A DNA stretch of 63,846 bases, filler included, from Octopus bimaculoides (GCF_001194135.2; 4 parts of 4 records of this genome joined end to end with filler, not necessarily neighbours in it); one strand, 5' to 3'. Numbered from the whole stretch's first letter, positions 36,010 through 49,105 are shown. Numbers and translations are program-made. Notes: generated by a model from the letters alone, not told the origin.

Positions 36010-36732
36010 TACACATACCCATATGCATACATGTACACACACGAACTAAGAACAAACACACTATACATTTACATATATACACACATATACATACACATAC
36101 ATATATATTGTATCCTATTTTATTTTTATTTTCATCTAATTTTGCTTCATCTTATTAAACTTTTTTGATGTCCTTCAAAAGATTCTTCACTGAGAATGAC
36201 AATGCATAAATAAAATTTTTAATTTTATTTTAATTTTTATTCTTAATTTTAATTTTTTATTTTCAATTATAATTATAATCACTATGATTTAAATCTTTTC
36301 TTACATTTTTGCATTGTTTTTTTGAAACATATGTATGTATTGAATTCAGTTTTATAAAAAATCTATTTCTGTTTAAACATCTTCTCTCCACTTTTTTATA
36401 CTTGTTTATGGTATATTCTTATACCTATAACGAATCTCCTCANNNNNNNNNNNNNNNNNNNNNNNNNNNNNNNNNNNNNNNNNNNNNNNNNNNNNNNNNN
36501 NNNNNNNNNNNNNNNNNNNNNNNNNNNNNNNNNNNNNNNNNNNNNNNNNNNNNNNNNNNNNNNNNNNNNNNNNNNNNNNNNNNNNNNNNNNNNNNNNNNN
36601 NNNNNNNNNNNNNNNNNNNNNNNNNNNNNNNNNNNNNNNNNNNNNNNNNNNNNNNNNNNNNNNNNNNNNACCTTATAGCACATAAAGATTGGGTAGTATA
36701 TGAAGGTTGTAGGTATTGTTTTGTTTATGAAT

Positions 36733-37405
36733 TCTGCCAAATGCAAGCTTTCTTTTCAGGTTCACGACACTGCTTACCCCCATCCCATGGTCACACGGGC
36801 CCACTCCTCTGACACCCACTCCTCCCACACTGTCACGATTGGCACGCTGAAAGGTAGGTCTGGTGAGATTGTTGAGATGCTTGAATGGCGACACATAGAT
36901 CTGTGCTGCATCCAAGAAGTAAGATGGAGAGGAGGTTCTGCGAGGTTCCTCACAGGCAAAGAACACAGGTACAAGATTTTCTGGGCAGGAAACACTGACG
37001 GGTCGGGGGCATAGGAATACTTCTAGCAGAGAAATGGGTTGATAAGGTAGTCGAGGTAGTTAGAGTACTTAAGATTAGACTAGTGCTTCATCATAGGCTA
37101 GCTACTATCATCTCAGCCTATGCCCCTCAACCGGGGCTACCGGATGGTCTGAAAGACCAATTCTATGACACCCTCTTGCAAACTACCTCGTCGACAAGAG
37201 ACAGGGACCTTCTCTTTGTGGCTGGTGACTTCAATGGTCATGTCGGACGTCGTGCTGGAGGCTTCCATGGCATACATGGAGGCTATGGCTTCGGTTCCCG
37301 CAATGAGGAGGGAACCAGACTGCTGGAGTTCTGTGATGCAACCGATCTTATGGTTTGCAATACCAACTTCAGGAAACCTGCCTGTCACCTAGTCACCTAC
37401 CGATC
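36733..37405 (+). mobile_element. RTE family 1 endonuclease region, second copy, truncated by a gap
   Basis: GTLKGRSGEIVEMLEWRHIDLCCIQEVRWRG; AYAPQPGL; FVAGDFNGHVG; GYGFGSRNEEGTRLLEFC. Confidence 0.94.
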
Positions 37406-38277
37406 NNNNNNNNNNNNNNNNNNNNNNNNNNNNNNNNNNNNNNNNNNNNTTAATTAATTAANNNNNNNNNNNNNNNNNNNNNNNNNNNNNNNNNNNNNNN
37501 NNNNNCACCACCACCACCACCACCACCACCAGTAGTAGTAGTAAAATTACTACTGGATATATAAGTGTGAAAGACTCACAAACCAGATGCTTAGCTACAG
37601 ATTCTTAGGGTTAAGCTGACAAGGGAAAAGTATCCCTCCTGACTGAGATGCTGGTCTATTACAAGCAAAATTTTTAACGGTCTCATGGTCCCTAGTCTAG
37701 ATAAACAGATGAATGTATATTTGTGGATGCATGCACACATGCACACACACAGACACATACACACTACCACTACTACCACCACCACCATTATCATTATGAT
37801 CATCATTTTTTGATGTCTGTTTTTCCATGGGTTGGATGGTTTGACAAGATCTGACAAATGAGAGGAGTGTTTCGTGCTCCAAGGTCACTTAGGAAAGGTC
37901 CCTATTGTTGGGTGCCCTCCATAACATAAACCACTTCATAGAATTTACTGGGGTGGTTTTTCAAGCGTAACTGGCAAAGGTTAAGATTCTCCCATCAACT
38001 GAGTGAGAATAGAGAAATGAAGGAGGCAGCATGATGCTAGATGTGGAATAGTTAAAGTAAAAAGCAAGGGGTCAGAAACGGTTCCTTGATGTAAAAGAGA
38101 CACGGCTACTCATATTATACAAGAGTGGTGTGAAACTGAGAAGGTGAATAATGGTAGCATTGATGTGTGAAAGCAGGCCCTGGGAGTAGTGGCAGAAGAA
38201 CAAGAACGAAGATTGGACGGAGGTAGCATCTGTGTATGGAGAGAGTGGGCAATAGTAAGAAATAGGATTGAGGGGCA

Positions 38278-38324
<47 letters not shown>

Positions 38325-38334
38325 TTTTTTTTAT

Positions 38335-39108
38335 TCTTTTACTTGTTTTAGCCATTTGACTGCAGCCATGCTGGAGCACTACCCTAAAGAGTTTTAGTTG
38401 AACTAATCAACCTCAGGATTTATTTTTTTAAGCCTAATACTTATAGAATAAGTANNNNNNNNNNNNNNNNNNNNNNNNNNNNNNNNNNNNNNNNNNNNNN
38501 NNNNNNNNNNNNNNNNNNNNNNNNNNNNNNNNNNNNNNNNNNNNNNNNNNNNNNNNNNNNNNNNNNNNNNNNNNNNNNNNNNNNNNNNNNNNNNNNNNNN
38601 NNNNNNNNNNNNNNNNNNNNNNNNNNNNNNNNNNNNNNNNNNNNNNNNNNNNNNNNNNNNNNNNNNNNNNNNNNNNNNNNNNNNNNNNNNNNNNNNNNNN
38701 NNNNNNNNAAAGGCATACACACATAGATATATATATATGGGAGAATGTACGAAAAAACAACAACAGACGAGGACAGGTGGTGTAAATAACAAAAGGATGT
38801 ATTAGTATGACGCTCGGGAATACGGAAAGTCTTTGACGTTTCGAGCTACGCTCTTCAACAGAAAGAATACGGAGACAAGGAGAAAAACACGGAGAAAAAA
38901 AATTGAATAGTGTTCGGTCAACGATATATATATATATATACACACATACAACAGGCTTCTTTCAGTTTCGATCTGCCAAATCCACTCATGAGGCTTTGGT
39001 TGGCTCAAGGCTAGAGTAGCAGACACTTGCTCAAGGTGCTATGCAGTGAGACTGAACCCAGAACCATGTGGTTGGGAAGCAAGCTTCTTACCACACAGCC
39101 ACATCTGC
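38335..39108 (-). mobile_element. SINE family A interrupted in its internal microsatellite by a family C element
   Basis: Tail at 38335-38454 and head at 38950-39108, with the insert between them. Confidence 0.8.
38739..38923 (-). mobile_element. 185-bp (TA)n-flanked family C element with a hammerhead at 38830-38866
   Basis: Nearly identical to 46978-47161 and 49072-49232; (TA)n on both sides. Confidence 0.85.
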
Positions 39109-39149
39109 ACTTTTACATACATACACATGCACATATTATATACATGCAT

Positions 39150-39196
<47 letters not shown>

Positions 39197-39249
39197 TACA
39201 CACATACACATACATAAATGCACACACACACCCACATATATAATGTAGT

Positions 39250-39530
39250 GGGGGTGCCAGTTTAGTCGCTGACAACATGACCATGCAATAGGTTGTGCTG
39301 GCTTCCATGTTACCAGTAACACTCATAGGAAACATCAGAAGTGACTTGAGGACAGATAAACCTAGTGTAGATTTAATGATTATCTAGCAACAGCACGGAC
39401 CCTCAGAGATCCTGAGTTGGTGTCCAGCATGCTGGAAGACCACTGGGAGTGAAGCACCCCTTAGCTTTTGTTGAAGCATGTCTCTAGGAAAAGTTCCCTC
39501 TGATATAAAAACATTTTAGGGGTCTTTTGC
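39250..39530 (+). mobile_element. Fragment of the RTE family 2 5' UTR
   Basis: 39250-39330 matches 34209-34310 in the same orientation; 39360-39515 matches the reverse complement of 33975-34135. Confidence 0.8.
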
Positions 39531-39873
39531 ATACACTTGAAATCATGGTACTGCCATATTTCTGAGCCTGCACTGGATATCTCGCGCTGGTTTGTTTTTG
39601 AATTATGTCAGTAGGGTGGAGAGGGTCTGTAAAGTGCTCTGCAAGCTTTATTGGGTGTAAAATTTTAGGTTGTGCAGTCACTGGCAAGGCAACTATCTGG
39701 TGCCTGGTTGAGTAAGAGGGCACTGCAGTGACCATGGAAATTGTGGACATGAACTTAGGTGAAGCTCACTGGTGGTGCATTAATCTCACGCACTGGCATC
39801 AGTGGACTTCTGGCATTTTGCATGGGCAATGATCAGTGATAGCTTTCCTTGGTCATGAGTGAACAGCCAACAC

Positions 39874-39927
<54 letters not shown>

Positions 39928-40074
39928 CATCATCTATGTATATATATGAACAGAACAAATAAGAGAAGTCTGGTGATAGTAAAGATGTTTATTCCATTTG
40001 TTTTCAGTTGTTTCATAATCTTGTTAATTATATAACAAATATTACATAAACATTCATACACATGAAAATATACA

Positions 40075-40108
<34 letters not shown>

Positions 40109-40448
40109 TGTGTACATCCATATATACAAGTGTACTGAGAAAGAAAACAAAAGACTAATCCTGAGAGTGATTCATGATAGCTGTTACAACTATCATGCAT
40201 ATGAACGTAGATGTAATCTCTATCAAACAACTAATGAGATTATGAAACAATTGTAAATGAATGCAATAAACATCTATTACTCTCTCTTTATCTGTTCTAT
40301 TTATTTACATTCTCTCCATCATTATATCTCCTGGATTTTTAGAATGACGTGAAGGTTCACCCTAATTTCACCATGGTCATTCTTGTTAGTTATGCACTTG
40401 GCAGAGAGCTGAATGTGAGATCTGTTTGAAAACTTTGAGTACTATTAT

Positions 40449-41385
40449 CAGCGGTTCTCAAACTGGGGTCTGCAGTCCCCTAGGGTACCACAAAGCAATT
40501 TCAGGAGAACTGTGAAGGGAACCTGAAGTATCAGGAAAATGGGATGGCTTGAGACAGTTAAATTTTAAAATTTCAAGACTTTCAATTTTTGCATACTATC
40601 ATTCTTTTTGTTGTTGGCCTCAAAAACCCACATCACTCTTTCACACTTATTTGCTAATCGTGTGATTGACCGATAGAAAATATGTGGGCACTTCTACATG
40701 CTTACTTGCTAATAATGTGACTGGCTGATAAAAAATATGCGGGTATAACAGTTGATCGTGCATGTGTTGTCAGTATTTTTCGTTTCTCATTTGTTTTGTA
40801 ACTAATTGATCAACTACCGCCTGACTGGCCTTCGTAGGATTTTCGAGCGAGATCGTTGCCAGTGCCCCTGGACTGGCTCTTGTGCGGGTGGCACATAAAA
40901 GACACCATTCCGAGCGTGGCCGTTGCCAGTATCGCCTGACTGGCCTTCGTGCGGGTGACACGTAAAAGCACTTACTACACTCTCTGAGTGGTTGGCGTTA
41001 GGAAGGGCATCCAGCTGTAGAAACTCTGCCAAATTTAGATTGGAGCCTGGTGTTGCCATCCGGTTTCACCAGTCCTCAGTCAAATCGTCCAACCCATGCT
41101 AGCATGGAAAGCGGACGTTAAACGATGATGATGATGATGATGATGATCTCCCATATTTTCATGTGCATCTATCGTATTCCAATGGAACATTGCCTGCATT
41201 AAGTTGTGGTTTTGGGGGTTGCAGGTCTATGAGCAGTGCAGTTCATAGTCCAGAAATTACGGTACACGAATGTATGTTACTTTTTTCTATGTTGATTATC
41301 CTGTATTTTATAGGGGACTGCGAATTGTCGAAAAACTGTAAGGGGACTGGCATGTAAAATTTTTTGAAAAGTCTGAGAACCACTG
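40449..41385. mobile_element. Non-autonomous hAT (Charlie-like) element containing a SINE B insertion
   Basis: Ends CAGCGGTTCTCAAACT and AGTCTGAGAACCACTG; CTATTAT on both flanks (7 of the expected 8 TSD bases). Confidence 0.75.
40815..41147 (+). mobile_element. SINE-like family B, young copy
   Basis: About 2.5 modules, then GGCGTTAGGAAGGGCATCCAGCTGTAGAAAC...GCGGACGTTAAACGATGATGATG. Confidence 0.9.
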
Positions 41386-41408
41386 CTATTATCTTCGTTA
41401 TCATCACT

Positions 41409-41429
<21 letters not shown>

Positions 41430-41446
<17 letters not shown>

Positions 41447-41610
41447 TTAATGTCCATTGTCCATGCTGGCATGGGTTGGATGAGTTGACCAGAACTGGTA
41501 AGATGGGTAGCTGCACCAGACCCCAGTCTGATTTGTCATGATTTCTATGACTGTATGCCCTTCCTAATGCCAACCCCTTACAAAGTGCACAAGGAGCTTT
41601 TGTGTGGTGC
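41430..41610 (-). mobile_element. SINE-like family B tail, diverged
   Basis: CATTTAATGTCCATTGTCCATGCTGGCATGGGTTGGA...GCCCTTCCTAATGCCAAC. Confidence 0.8.
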
Positions 41611-41661
41611 AGCATATGCATTTATATATATATATATCCTGAAACATACATAAACATCTAT

Positions 41662-42062
41662 ATGTGTGGTAAGTAGCTTGCTTACCAACCACATGGTCCC
41701 GGGTTCAGTCCCACTGCGTGGCATCTTGGGCAAATGTCTTCTACTATAGTCTCGGGCCGACCAAAGCCTTGTGAGTGAATTTGGTAGACAGAAAACTGAA
41801 AGAAGCCTGTCGTATATATGTATATATATATATGTGTGTGTATATGTTTGTGTGTCTGTGTTTGTCCCCCCAACATCGCTTGACAACCGATGCTGGTGTG
41901 TTTATGTCCCCGTAACTTAGCAGTTCAGCAAAAGAACCGATAGAATAAGTACTAGGCTTCCAAAGAATAAGTCCTGGGGTCGATTTGCTCGACTAAAGGC
42001 GGTGCTCCAGCATGGCCACAGTCAAATGACTGAAACAAGTAAAAGAGTAAAAGAGTAAAAGA
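41662..42062 (+). mobile_element. SINE family A, full-length reference-quality copy
   Basis: Head, internal (TA/TG)n, body and (TAAAAGAG)n tail are all present. Confidence 0.93.
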
Positions 42063-43440
42063 GATACAAACATTGCCATGCATATATTTATGTGTGTGAG
42101 TGTATGTATGTGTACATAATTAAACCACTTATAATCTGCTTTACAGTATTAAAAAGAAATATGCAAAACTTTTTAGTTGTTGTTCTTGTTATTGTTGTTG
42201 TTCGGTAATGTACACTCAGGGCACAGGAAGTTACGAAACTCCCTGTTGTTGCATCATTCATGCAGAACAACACTCGGAGTATATTTAGAATGAAATGCTG
42301 ATCTTTGCATAACTGTACATTCCTGTGTTGCTGTTGTTATCTAAGATCTTAATGACCGTCACCAATTACTGGTATAATTCATACGCAAGAAACCAACCCA
42401 GTGAAATCACAAAGCAAAATGAGAAAAAGTGTTTCTTTTGAAATATAAAAGCAAAAGGGATGGGGTGGGGAAGTAGATAGAACATGGAGAAAGTAGTTTT
42501 CCTTAAGCAAATTTGCATTCCTTAGAATCTTGGCTGCCAAAGCTATTGTTGTAATTCTGGAATATGTGTGCGTGTGAATGTAGGTATGTATGTATGCATA
42601 TATATACATACTTATATGTGTGTGTGTGTGTGTTTGTGTATGTATGCATGTAAGAATGTGTATCTCTCTCTTTTTCACTCTCTCTCTCTCTCTCTCTCTC
42701 TCTACATACGCAAATAGATACATACAAAAAGTGAGAGAGAGAAGCTGTTTTTCTTTTGTTTTGTGCAGTGAACTACTTAGAAATGTAATAATGTCTTTTT
42801 ATAATATACATACTGAAAATGAATACAGACAGACAGACAGACAGACAGATAGATACATCTGTGTGAGTGTGTGTGCACATGTGTATGTATATCCTTTCAA
42901 AGAAGACATTTTGAGACATTGTTCTGTTTAATTGTAGTATCTATTCTCAGAATTTGAAATAGGTGAGAGATAAACTTGTTCCTGAATGTAGTACTTGTTG
43001 CTTTACATCAGCTTTTATAAAGCTGTTTGGGACTTCACAACAACACTGGGACCTAATAGGGTACCCAATAGCCACTTGATCTGCAAGACGCAGCAGTCAA
43101 ATTTCCTTTAAATCGCACCTTGGTAAATGGAGGAGATACTAATAAATGTAGTTATAGATATATTATGTCTGAGTAAAAGATAGGAAGGCCACAGTTGGAG
43201 TACTTTTCATGCAAGCCAGCTGGACCAGGGTTTGGGGTTAGGGTGACAGAAAGTGGAATGCTATATTGGTAATGAATATTGTATTAGGTTGTGGAACAAG
43301 AAAAGCTAACAAAAATCCATTCATGGCTGTGTGGTAAGAGGCTTGCTTCCCAACCACATAGTGTCTTCTATTTTAGCCTCAGGCCCACCAAAGCCTTGTG
43401 AATGAATTTGGTAGACAGAAACTGAAAGAAGCTTGTCATG

Positions 43441-43472
<32 letters not shown>

Positions 43473-43507
43473 TATAAGCTAGTCATATATATATATATAT
43501 ATATATT

Positions 43508-43659
43508 TGTTGGCACTCCGTCGCTTATGACGTCGAGGGCTCCAGTTGATCCGATCAACGGAACAGCCTGCTCGTGAAATTAACGTGCAAGTGGCTGAGC
43601 ATTCCACAGACACGTGTACCCTTAACGTAGTTCTCGGGGATATTCAGCGTGACACAGAG
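43508..43659 (-). mobile_element. SINE family D 3' part, truncated by a gap
   Basis: Reverse complement of about 7920-8070. Confidence 0.9.
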
Positions 43660-44075
43660 NNNNNNNNNNNNNNNNNNNNNNNNNNNNNNNNNNNNNNNNN
43701 NNNNNNNNNNNNNNNNNNNNNNNNNNNNNNNNNNNNNNNNNNNNNNNNNNNNNNNNNNNNNNNNNNNNNNNNNNNNNNNNNNNNNNNNNNNNNNNNNNNN
43801 NNNNNNNNNNNNNNNNNNNNNNNNNNNNNNNNNNNNNNNNNNNNNNNNNNNNNNNNNNNNNNNNNNNNNNNNNNNNNNNNNNNNNNNNNNNNNNNNNNNN
43901 NNNNNNNNNNNNNNNNNNNNNNNNNNNNNNNNNNNNNNNNNNNNNNNNNNNNNNNNNNNNNNNNNNNNNNNNNNNNNNNNNNNNNNNNNNNNNNNNNNNN
44001 NNNNNNNNNAGCCTCAGGCCCACCAAAGCCTTGTGAATGAATTTGGTAGACAGAAACTGAAAGAAGCTTGTCATG

Positions 44076-44107
<32 letters not shown>

Positions 44108-44379
44108 TACATATATATATATATATGTATATATATGTATACATCCACCCACTTAATGTATCCAAAACGGGTTGAGATAGAATTTCTACAAATAAAATTT
44201 CTCATTTAATAAATCCAAACCATTGCTTCATAAATCCAATTGTCGTTGTTTCTTCCTAAAGTGTCAACAAGTAGCAGTGAACAAATGAAGTGGCCATTTT
44301 TTTTCCTTGCTCTTACATACTGACTGGTAAGCTCCAGCAGCCACAGCCAGCCAGCTGTCATGTGGTACACATCATCATC

Positions 44380-45305
44380 CAAAAATAGATCAAGAACATT
44401 ACAAAGCTCTTGGGAAAACAACTCAGCAGGAAGCAGCACAGAGTTTGGGAATTTCAAGAAATCTGCTCCAGAATTTGCTAAAGAATGAGGATGACCTTCT
44501 TGCCAAAGATCATGGTGGCTGTTCATCAAAGAGAAAGCACCAATGAGAGGGAAAAGTCTAACAAATAGACCGTGCTCTCTACGATTGGTTTTAATTTATT
44601 CACTTGAGAAACATCCCCATCAATGGCATGATCCTAATGCCCAAAGCCAACACCATTGCTCAAGTTACAGGACATAATTTTAAGGTATCCAAAGGTTGGT
44701 TTTACCATTGGCAAAAGAGACATGGAATCTTCTTTACAGTTCTAAAAAGTAAGCTTTGTAGTTCACTAGTTCACATTTTTCTCTTTAGAGAACACAAACT
44801 AAACATTTCATATTTTGCGGGTGACGCAGCAGAAACTGATGTTGATGGAGCCCATCAATTTCATGAGACAATCATGCAGCTTCTGTTGAAATCGTATCAG
44901 CCGCAGGACATCTACAACCCTGATGAAACTGGGATCTACTTTTGTGCATTATCAGGGAAACATGTCAACAAGAGTTGCAAGAAAACTGTGAAGGTCTTTA
45001 AAACAGCAAAGAACTGTGTGACCTTGATGGTGGCCTAACAACATGAATGGAGACAAAGAAGACTTGCTCTTAATAGGAAAGACTGGTTCAGCAAGATACT
45101 TCAAAAATATCAAAATGCTTCCGGTTCAGAACGACCTTTCAATCAATGCTTGAATGATAGAAAAAATCTATAGAAGATGGCTCAGATCTAGGGATTGTTG
45201 TTTGCTGGAATCTGGAAGACAAATAGTCTTGACAAATGCTCTTCTCATGTAGTCATCGATGATCTCAAGAATATCACTTGAAAATTTCTTCTTCCCAACA
45301 CAATG
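44380..45305 (+). pseudogene. pogo/Tigger-type transposase pseudogene (two HTH domains plus DDE_1 region)
   Basis: QQEAAQSLGISRNLLQNLLKNE; IDRALYDWF..RNIPINGMIL..KA; FKVSKGWFYHWQKRHGI; IYNPDETG; LLLIGK..RYFKN; FLLPNTMS. Several stops and a frameshift. Confidence 0.88.
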
Positions 45306-45859
45306 TCAGTCTAATGATTGAAACAAGTAAACGATAAAAGATAAAAGACAAGTGATTCCTCCGTCAACAAACCACTGATGGATATGTTTAGCTTCTATAG
45401 TTTATGTAGATGTGTATATATTATCATCAGCATTATCATCATCAGTTAACGTCCACAATTCCATGTTTGCATGGGTCAGATGGAATTTGTCAAGGCAGAT
45501 TGTCTGTGGCTGGATGCTCTTCTGGTTGCCAACCCTCATACATAATAATATTTTCCTATGGCCAGATATATTTTCATGGAAGACTGGAAATGTAGAACAT
45601 CACTTCTATGATGGTGGTGCTTTTTTACGACCATCACATGATGTCAAGACAAGGGTACACACAGGCACACACATACATATACATGCATATGTGAAGGCTT
45701 TCTTTCAGTTTCTGTCAACCATATCCACTTACAAGGTTTTGGTTGATCTGGAGCTAAAGTTGAAGGCACTTGGCTGAGGTGGGCCTGAACCCAAGATTGT
45801 AGGGTTGGGAAGCAAACTTCTTAACCACACAGCCACATCTACATATCTATATAGCAATT

Positions 45860-46625
45860 GAAGAGAATCTGTGCCAAAGAATAAAAGAAATTGTTCTGGA
45901 GGTTTAATAGAACTTGGTCAACAGTACAAGATAGTTTCAAACAGATTGGGAAATTGTATAGAGAAAGGAAGCAGGTATGCAGCAGTATGTTTGACAAGTT
46001 GCAACAATTTGCTACTGAGGAATAAACAAACATCTTTTCTCAATTTAATTGTAGCAGGTGATGAGGAATGGATTATCTATGTCAACAACAAATGTATGGA
46101 GCAGTGGCTATGACCAATGAAAATCCACTTCCACCACCCAGACCAGTCTTCAAAGAAAATCTTACTGCAAGTATTGTTCAGCTTGGATTATTAGAACAAG
46201 GGTAAAGCACGATTGCAGAACTTTACTGTCAACAACTTGAATGTGTCAATCAAGTTTCACTCCTAAACCTCCCCCCCCNNNNNNNNNNCCCCCCAGCTCT
46301 ATTCAACAAAATGAAAGTCAGCCTGCAACATGGTACAGCAAGGCCACATTTAGTGAAGATAACCCAAGCAAAAAAATAAGAAAACTTTAACCTCACCATC
46401 CCAGCTCACCAGATCTAGCACCCTCAGATTTTCGCTTATTCAGCTTGAACACCTTACCAGTGGAAAAGCATTCAAACACAGGGCAAGTGTCATAACAGCA
46501 CTTCAAACAATTTTCTCTTCTAAACATCCTGTTTTTTTTTGCCTAAGGAATTTAGAAATTTTCAAGGTGAGAAAATCTTATTGTTAAAGATTGCAATTAT
46601 ATTTTGAACGAATAAATATATTCGA
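45860..46625 (+). pseudogene. Mariner transposase relic (catalytic domain)
   Basis: LLLRNKQTSFLNLIVAGDEEWIIYVN (IVTGDEKW-like); CATGGTACAGCAAGGCCACAT (HDNARPH-like); SPDLAPSDFRLF. Confidence 0.85.
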
Positions 46626-47034
46626 TATGATTATGCTGATTTTATTTTATTATATGAAATGTAACATATAATATATATTATATTATATTAGATATATATA
46701 TTCAGAGATTTATGTTATATATAGGTATAAGTTAGGATTGTTTAAACATTCAAGGGATAGGCTAGAAGTGTTTAAGCAACTAGGGGATAATTAAATCCGA
46801 AGGCACTCCTGGAGATTACCTGTGTGTGTACCGTCTTTGTTAGTAGGTATCCAGAGGCAGGTAATTTATTGTGTAAACCGCAGTTTATAAGTATAATCAT
46901 GCTGATTAAACTTATTCTCTACATGATTATATTATACATACATACATACATACATATATATATATATTATGATTGACCGTTGACTGAACACTATTCAATT
47001 TTTTTTCTCCGTGTTTTTCTCCTTGTCTCCGTAT

Positions 47035-47071
47035 TCTTTCTGTTGAAGAGCGTAGCTCGAAACGTCAAAGA
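47035..47071 (+). ncRNA. Family C minimal hammerhead with CUGUUGA core, within element 46978-47161
   Basis: TCTTT-CTGTTGA-A-GAGC GTA GCTC-GAAA-CG-TC-AAAGA. Confidence 0.7.
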
Positions 47072-48138
47072 CTTTCCGTATTCCCGAGCGTCATACTAAT
47101 ATATACTTTTGTTATTTACACCACCTGTCCTCGTCTGTTGTTATTTTTTGTATATTCTCCCATNNNNNNNNNNNNNNNNNNNNNNNNNNNNNNNNNNNNN
47201 NNNNNNNNNNNNNNNNNNNNNNNNNNNNNNNNNNNNNNNNNNNNNNNNNNNNNNNNNNNNNNNNNNNNNNNNNNNNNNNNNNNNNNNNNNNNNNNNNNNN
47301 NNNNNNNNNNNNNNNNNNNNNNNNNNNNNNNNNNNNNNNNNNNNNNNNNNNNNNNNNNNNNNNNNNNNNNNNNNNNNNNNNNNNNNNNNNNNNNNNNNNN
47401 NNNNNNNNNNNNNNNNNNNNNNNNNNNNNNNNNNNNNNNNNNNNNNNNNNNNNNNNNNNNNNNNNNNNNNNNNNNNNNNNNNNNNNNNNNNNNNNNNNNN
47501 NNNNNNNNNNNNNNNNNNNNNNNNNNNNNNNNNNNNNNNNNNNNNNNNNNNNNNNNNNNNNNNNNNNNNNNNNNNNNNNNNNNNNNNNNNNNNNNNNNNN
47601 NNNNNNNNNNNNNNNNNNNNNNNNNNNNNNNNNNNNNNNNNNNNNNNNNNNNNNNNNNNNNNNNNNNNNNNNNNNNNNNNNNNNNNNNNNNNNNNNNNNN
47701 NNNNNNNNNNNNNNNNNNNNNNNNNNNNNNNNNNNNNNNNNNNNNNNNNNNNNNNNNNNNNNNNNNNNNNNNNNNNNNNNNNNNNNNNNNNNNNNNNNNN
47801 NNNNNNNNNNNNNNNNNNNNNNNNNNNNNNNNNNNNNNNNNNNNNNNNNNNNNNNNNNNNNNNNNNNNNNNNNNNNNNNNNNNNNNNNNNNNNNNNNNNN
47901 NNNNNNNNNNNNNNNNNNNNNNNNNNNNNNNNNNNNNNNNNNNNNNNNNNNNNACACACACAATCTCGTATGCACACATATATGTACACGCACACACATA
48001 GAGGCTGCAAAACAGTTGTTGACTTTAGCATTCATTAATGAATGCTTAAGTCAACAACTGTTATCTAGAAATATACTTTCTATGAAATGCACTGAGCGGT
48101 CTTTTCCTTCATTTGTACACTTCAAAGCGAGCAAGAGA

Positions 48139-48216
<78 letters not shown>

Positions 48217-49105
48217 AAATACATATGTATATAAATTCGATATATGCACCAACACACACATATATCTATTTATATGTGCATGTATGAATGTGTCTGTGTG
48301 TTTGTGATATCTATGTTGTGTGATTTTTGTGTGTGTGTGTGTGTGCATGTATTATTAAAAAGTTGACACAGTTTCTGTTTTAATTTTTGCTTAAAGATCT
48401 CTTAGTAATTCCCATTAGCCTCGTATTACACATCATACAGAACATTAAAATATCCTTGATCGAATGGCCATTCCAGAATCTTCCACGTCTTAATTCCACA
48501 CCTGCCCTCAACCTTCTACTGCTTCAATGAAATCTCTGTAGCACCAGCCTTGTTTGTTACGGCAAATTGTTAATCAGAGAAGAACACACCACAGAATACC
48601 ATGTTTATTTATCATTACAACACTTTATATGTTCTGACTGCTGATGTGAAGATTTACACTGCACACAAACAAAGAAATGGTCAGACAGCCATCCCTGGCA
48701 TTTGTTTCTTACAGAGATCTGTTATCAGTATACATTTAGATTTAGGTTATATTTTTGGTATAAAGATAGATATTATATGAGTAATCTACTTATACTGTTT
48801 TTTTTTATTTTTATATTTGAGAGCATTTTAAATATAGAAAAATAGCTGTATACCTAACTGGTATTTTACATAATTTAACTGTTTTTTTTTGTTTTTTTTT
48901 TTTTTGATTGTTGACTGCTAAAATTCTGAACTATAAAAATATGGTTAAAAAATGGGGTAAAATTGAAATATAGTTGTATTCACATATAACATGATGTATA
49001 AAAATCTGTTCTACAATATGTAATGCATACATACATAATGTGTGTGTGTGCTTGTGTCTATATATATATATTTTTTTCTCCGTGTTTTTCTCCTTGTCTC
49101 CGTAT

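Noticed and set aside
43376-44075. Identical 66-bp direct repeat (43376-43441 and 44010-44075) as a long TSD
   Set aside because: The second copy starts at a gap edge and is high-copy SINE sequence; probably an assembly duplication.
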